This document shows, one piece after another, positions 60,098 to 64,000 of a stretch of 64,000 nucleotides of DNA. The first letter of the stretch is position 1, and the number at the start of each line of letters is the position of its first letter. The notes below the pieces were generated by a model. The model was not told where the DNA came from, did not search any database, and saw nothing but the letters and a program-made list of their open reading frames with translations. Position numbers and translations under genes: made by a program. Source of the DNA: a virus; the IMG/VR virus record IMGVR_UViG_3300022752_000057, positions 7,103 through 71,102 of that record; one strand, written 5' to 3'.

Positions 60098-60604
60098 ATG
60101 GACGCACAAGAATTACGCAATCTTCAAGAAGCATATGTGGAAGTTGCTATGAATGAAGGTTTAAGAGTTTTTCCTAGGGAAAAGATGCAATCTAAGGCAA
60201 CATCTAAAAGATTAAAAGCACTTGGAAGTGAATTAAAATCAAAATTTACAACAGCAAAAGGAACAACTGAGAGAAATATTATAGACGCAAAAAATAAAAA
60301 ACTTAGGTCGCAAGCAGATAAGATGGATAAGGTTGCTCATGAACATACTCCATCGGATTCACGAAATAAAGAAGAAAAAAATAGGGGAGGTTCATATAAT
60401 CCACGTAATCCTATGGGTTCCGATGAATATGCAGAGAGACAATTTGCAAAAAATCGTGCTATGTTGGGAATTCCAGAGCAAGTAGATATTTACGACATCA
60501 TCCTCTCACACCTTCTTGATGAAGGATATGCTGAAACTCAAGAAGCAGCAGAGGCTATTATGGTGAATATGAGTGAAGAGTGGAGAGATAGTATTATTGG
60601 ATAG
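60098..60604 (+). CDS. 'MSEEW'-family cassette protein, copy 3
   Basis: ELRNLQEAY leader, basic cargo, DEGYAETQEAAEAIMVNMSEEW; TATAAATA at 60071. Confidence 0.8.
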   Translation: MDAQELRNLQEAYVEVAMNEGLRVFPREKMQSKATSKRLKALGSELKSKFTTAKGTTERNIIDAKNKKLRSQADKMDKVAHEHTPSDSRNKEEKNRGGSYNPRNPMGSDEYAERQFAKNRAMLGIPEQVDIYDIILSHLLDEGYAETQEAAEAIMVNMSEEWRDSIIG

Positions 60605-60642
60605 ATGTGAAAAAGGACACATTTAGTGGTTTCAAATTGTAA
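60604..60642 (+). pseudogene. Orphan duplicate of the last 12 codons plus stop of nrdB
   Basis: Encodes DVKKDTFSGFKL*, identical in protein to nrdB 58967-59005. Confidence 0.9.
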
Positions 60643-60665
60643 TAATATAAAAAAATCTTATAGAT

Positions 60666-60691
60666 AGAGGAGGTAACACTCCTCTTTTTTT
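60666..60691 (+). terminator. Rho-independent terminator
   Basis: AGAGGAG-GTAACA-CTCCTCT plus T run. Confidence 0.85.
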
Positions 60692-60847
60692 ATGGTTGAC
60701 TATAAAGACATTTTTTCTCTAAAAGCAAAACTTGATAAATTAAAGCACAAATTATATTCGGAACAAAAATCTTGGCAAGAGAAAGAACTTGCTAATAAAT
60801 ATCTCAATCAAGCTATTGACTATGTGAATGAATTGCAGTTATATTAA
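60692..60847 (+). CDS. Small hypothetical protein (51 aa)
   Basis: Manual translation MVDYKDIFSLKAKLDKLKHKLY..ANKYLN.. Confidence 0.5.
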   Translation: MVDYKDIFSLKAKLDKLKHKLYSEQKSWQEKELANKYLNQAIDYVNELQLY

Positions 60848-61274
60848 TGGTTGGAAATATAAAAAACCAATCGGAGAATGTTTTGAATCTGAAGATATAG
60901 GAGATAACTTTGGATTTGTTTATCTCATTACAAATAAGATAAATTCAAAACAGTACATAGGAAGGAAATATTTTTGGTCTTTTAGGACTCCAAAAGGCAA
61001 AAGTAGAAAAGTAAAATCAGAATCTAATTGGAAAGAATATTATGGGTCTTGTCCGGAACTTAAAGAAGACATTGAAAAGTTTGGCAGAGAAAATTTTAGT
61101 CGAGTTATCTTATCATTACATAAAACAAAGGGCAAAACAAACTTTGAGGAAACTAGACAACTTTTCAGACACAATGTCCTCACAGAATCCCTTGACAACG
61201 GAGAACCTGCGTTCTACAATAGCAACATCCTCAACAGGTACTTCCGAAAAGATTATTATGACCGCAACGACTGA
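60828..61274 (+). CDS. GIY-YIG-like nuclease-domain protein
   Basis: GFVYLITN...YIGRK, WKEYYGS, FYNSNI. Confidence 0.75.
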   Translation: MNCSYINGWKYKKPIGECFESEDIGDNFGFVYLITNKINSKQYIGRKYFWSFRTPKGKSRKVKSESNWKEYYGSCPELKEDIEKFGRENFSRVILSLHKTKGKTNFEETRQLFRHNVLTESLDNGEPAFYNSNILNRYFRKDYYDRND

Positions 61275-61431
61275 AGATATTGTTGCTCATGTGAGAACTT
61301 GGTCTCTTGACCGTGCAGCAGATAAAGGTATTTCTAAAGAAGATGCTCGCTCTATTCTTGCTGAGTTTTATGAGTGGATTGAACCAGAAGATGATGAACT
61401 TGAGATCGTTTCTTTGGAACCACAATCTTGA
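61258..61431 (+). CDS. Small acidic hypothetical protein (57 aa)
   Basis: MTATTEDIVAHVRTWSLDRAA..EFYEWI; 3' part of the 61042 ORF. Confidence 0.6.
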   Translation: MTATTEDIVAHVRTWSLDRAADKGISKEDARSILAEFYEWIEPEDDELEIVSLEPQS

Positions 61432-61456
61432 CAAAACCTAAATAAAAACTTATAAT
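61428..61456 (+). promoter_or_regulatory. Consensus sigma70 promoter
   Basis: TTGACA-17 nt-TATAAT. Confidence 0.85.
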
Positions 61457-61512
61457 GTTTTTAACCCACTCATAAAGGTGGGTTTTATATTATGAGATTT
61501 TGATGTGAAATT

Positions 61513-61577
61513 AGAGCCGTGGGGTCTGCCCTCTGAGAAGAGGGAAGTGCGCTTTCCCTATACGGATGTAGAGTTCA
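61513..61577 (+). ncRNA. Candidate structured RNA in the lysozyme 5' leader
   Basis: GC-rich island with nested stems and a GAGA tetraloop. Confidence 0.5.
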
Positions 61578-61587
61578 ATTTAAGTTA

Positions 61588-62220
61588 GTGCAAAATTTCT
61601 TTACAGTAGCCCTGCCTCTTCTGGCAACGGTTACAACCAATGCGGCAACACTGCCTGTATTTCCTCCTTTGACGACGCCTACGGCGCCGTTTTCTGTTAT
61701 TAAGGAGTTTGAAACGCCGACAGCGACCAAAGAGGTTGCTCCCGAAAAGCCAAAAGAGAAAAGGCTAATTTGTAAAGGGTGTAATGAAAATGAAAATGTA
61801 GCCCTGAATTATTTTCAGGACATTGGAATTAAAGACAGAAACGCCCTTGCTACTATCCTGGGCAATATTAAGCAAGAATCAACATTCGTGCCTAATATTT
61901 GTGAAGGTGGTAGTAGACGGTCCTATTCATCCTGTTGGGGTGGATATGGACTGATTCAATGGACATCTGCCAACCGTTATTATGGATTGGGTGATTTTGC
62001 TAGAAAGAATGGTGGTTCACCATCATCTCTGGATACGCAACTTCGTTATTTAACAAACGAAATCCAGTGGCAAAAAATTGAGGAGAAGATGAAAACTCCT
62101 GGTAAATCAATTAATTGCTATATGGATTATGCGTATAGTTGGATTGGTTGGGGGCATCATGGTGCCCGCACTTCGTATGCTCATGAGTATGCTTCCAAAC
62201 TGATCACGGTAGAAGTTTGA
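61588..62220 (+). CDS. Phage tail-lysozyme-family muramidase with signal-like N-terminus
   Basis: LATILGNIKQES, GYGLIQWT..R, QL.YL..E. Confidence 0.8.
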   Translation: MQNFFTVALPLLATVTTNAATLPVFPPLTTPTAPFSVIKEFETPTATKEVAPEKPKEKRLICKGCNENENVALNYFQDIGIKDRNALATILGNIKQESTFVPNICEGGSRRSYSSCWGGYGLIQWTSANRYYGLGDFARKNGGSPSSLDTQLRYLTNEIQWQKIEEKMKTPGKSINCYMDYAYSWIGWGHHGARTSYAHEYASKLITVEV

Positions 62221-62289
62221 TACAATAGAATAGTGGGGAGAGTGATTTACCTCTCCCCTATAAATAACAGAGAATTAATTAATTTTTTT

Positions 62290-62478
62290 ATGACTGAACA
62301 ACAACAACATCTTGTGCAACTTTTGCAACAAAGATCCGAATTGGAAAATGCTTTGTCTCAAAACAGAGAGTTATTTTGGAAAACTCAAGGGGCAATTGAG
62401 TATCTTACTCAAATTGGCGTAATCCTTCCTGAACCAGAAACAACAGAAGAAACGGTAGAAGAATCTACTGAAGAGTGA
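62290..62478 (+). CDS. Small hypothetical protein
   Basis: Late promoter at about 62259; coiled coil with acidic tail. Confidence 0.6.
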   Translation: MTEQQQHLVQLLQQRSELENALSQNRELFWKTQGAIEYLTQIGVILPEPETTEETVEESTEE

Positions 62479-62503
62479 TACATAATGAGAGTGCTGCACT
62501 CTT

Positions 62504-62899
62504 ATGATTAATTTTAACTTTGGAAATAAGAAACCAGATATCAAACAATATGCAATCATAGGAATTGTATTGAGTTCTATCATTGCAACACTTTCACAAT
62601 GCACTGGAATATCCCAAAATAATATTTGGGATTTACTTGACGAAGTTCAAAGAAGATATTTTCCAGGTACAATACTTAATGAGTTTGTGATTAAAGATCC
62701 AGAAAAACTTGACCGAAGAATACATCGTGATGTTGATAGGGCAATTGATGATTACTGGACACAATCTGGATTATCAAAAGCAGAAGTATCAAAACCACGA
62801 TACTCAGAGAAACCACCTGATGGGTCTTATGCTCAATCAGTTCTTGGTGGTGAAATGAGATTGTGTGCTCCATGGGTTGACGACTGCCCCAAGGAGTAG
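62504..62899 (+). CDS. Membrane-anchored hypothetical protein
   Basis: YAIIGIVLSSIIATLSQC transmembrane/lipobox-like segment. Confidence 0.65.
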   Translation: MINFNFGNKKPDIKQYAIIGIVLSSIIATLSQCTGISQNNIWDLLDEVQRRYFPGTILNEFVIKDPEKLDRRIHRDVDRAIDDYWTQSGLSKAEVSKPRYSEKPPDGSYAQSVLGGEMRLCAPWVDDCPKE

Positions 62900-62913
62900 T
62901 ACAATACTCTCAT

Positions 62914-62986
62914 GGGCATATAGTGAAGTGGACTATCACACGGCTCTTCTAAAGCCTTATCCTTGGTTCGAATCCAAGTATGCCTG
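62914..62986 (+). tRNA. tRNA-Arg(TCT)
   Basis: GGGCATA/TATGCCT acceptor, GGCT-CTTCTAA-AGCC, GGTTCGAATCC, A20. Confidence 0.9.
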
Positions 62987-63047
62987 TTATAAGTAACATA
63001 TGTGTAAGTTGTTAGTCTTATAAATACTTATAAGATATTTTAATTTT

Positions 63048-63473
63048 ATGAGAGAGCACCACACTAAAAATAAAGGAGATTTGGGAGTTTTAAAGGCACA
63101 ACTTGATTTATACGAAAAGGGGTATTTAATTCTTACTCCTCATACGGAACATTCCCAATTTGACCTTGTTGGATACAAAGACGGTAAGTTTTTGAGAATA
63201 CAAGTTAAATATAGAGCAGCAAAAAATGAAAAAATAGAAGTTTCTTTTACCACTTCTTGGGCAGATAAAAATGGAACTCATACACAAGATTATGATAAAA
63301 ATGAGATTGATGTAATGTGTATATATTGCCCGGATACTGATAAGTGCTATTATGTAAATCCTCAAGAATGTAATAAAACATTTAATTTGAGATTATCTAC
63401 TCCAAAAAATAATCAAAAAAACGGTATTCACTTAGCAAAAGATTATTTAAATATGCCAAATATATGGACTTGA
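63048..63473 (+). CDS. PD-(D/E)XK homing endonuclease, I-Ssp6803I-like
   Basis: KGDLG..L..KGY...P....FDLV....RIQVK; late promoter at 63019. Confidence 0.85.
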   Translation: MREHHTKNKGDLGVLKAQLDLYEKGYLILTPHTEHSQFDLVGYKDGKFLRIQVKYRAAKNEKIEVSFTTSWADKNGTHTQDYDKNEIDVMCIYCPDTDKCYYVNPQECNKTFNLRLSTPKNNQKNGIHLAKDYLNMPNIWT

Positions 63474-63660
63474 CATCCCCAATAAAAAATGCTATATTAC
63501 TTGTATAAATAAAATACACTTGTCAAAGACAATGACTTATCAGATTACCACAAAACAGATTAGTAATATCGATTGCCGCAAATGGCATATCGAGGGTACT
63601 CCCCTGTTTGTGGATATGGTAGGTCAAATGTAAGAACCAACCATAAAAACAAATAGATCA

Positions 63661-63692
63661 GGGGAGAAACCAAAAGGTTCCTCCCCTTTTTT
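63661..63692 (+). terminator. Rho-independent terminator
   Basis: GGGGAG..CTCCCC followed by T run. Confidence 0.7.
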
Positions 63693-63815
63693 ATTGCTTG
63701 TGACAGTTCTGCAAGTGACCCACCAATGCCTCTCCAGAGACCAAACGGTGGTATTCTATACAAGTGGTTGAGAGATCACCAGCACCTAGACAACTTAATA
63801 TTTTCCACATTATTT

Positions 63816-63888
63816 GGGTTAGTAACTCAGTTGGTAGAGTAGCGGGCTTTTAACCTGTAAGTCGTGAGTTCGAGTCTCACCTAACCCA
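63816..63888 (+). tRNA. tRNA-Lys(TTT)
   Basis: GGGTTAG/CTAACCC, loop CTTTTAA, GTTCGAG. Confidence 0.93.
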
Positions 63889-63892
63889 CCTT

Positions 63893-63965
63893 GACCCTAT
63901 AGTGAAGTGGTCTATCACGCTACCCTGTCACGGTGGTATCACGGGTTCGAATCCCGTTAGGGTCG
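63893..63965 (+). tRNA. tRNA-Asp(GTC)
   Basis: GACCCTA/TAGGGTC, loop CTGTCAC, GGTTCGAATCC, G73. Confidence 0.93.
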
Positions 63966-64000
63966 TTGCTACGCTGCCGATGGAGTGTCCCTCCTTGGCG

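Noticed and set aside
62987-63530. Group I intron around the PD-(D/E)XK gene
   Set aside because: The adjacent tRNA is intact and flanks are short, AT-rich promoter-like sequence.
63532-63633. 33-aa ORF MTYQITTKQIS... between a TTGACA promoter and a terminator
   Set aside because: Plausible but too short, with no RBS or motif to support it.
63968-64000. GC-rich hairpin after tRNA-Asp
   Set aside because: Truncated by the window edge; cannot be classified.

Overview
A 64-kb segment of an AT-rich T4-like myovirus, most likely a cyanophage given cobS/VWA-peptidase, hsp20, mazG, 2OG-oxygenase and the cyanophage-type gene order. Almost all genes are on the + strand. In order: a truncated repeat-rich tail-fibre gene, accessory virion genes, terminase g17, g18-g23, g3, uvsY/uvsW, g55/g47/g46, peptidase-VWA plus cobS, g45/g44/g62/regA, dam, hsp20, g43, uvsX, g41, mazG, a nucleotidyltransferase, g61, nrdA/nrdB, a lysozyme and four tRNAs. 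Selfish elements are dense. The terminase has a class-3 intein plus an atypically split intein with a GIY-YIG gene between the halves. The DNA polymerase is fractured by a MobE-like HNH gene with no intein or intron. nrdB has a recoded 3' end, with a second copy stranded 1.6 kb downstream. A non-enzymatic-looking 923-aa protein carries an intein, and nuclease genes abut two atypical tRNAs. The most novel-looking system is a dispersed family of late-promoter cassettes encoding leader / basic cargo / acidic 'MSEEW' module proteins. Together with many T4 capsid-targeting-type leaders, these suggest a shuffled, protease-processed set of virion-packaged peptides. All calls come from motif recognition by eye; no searches were run.
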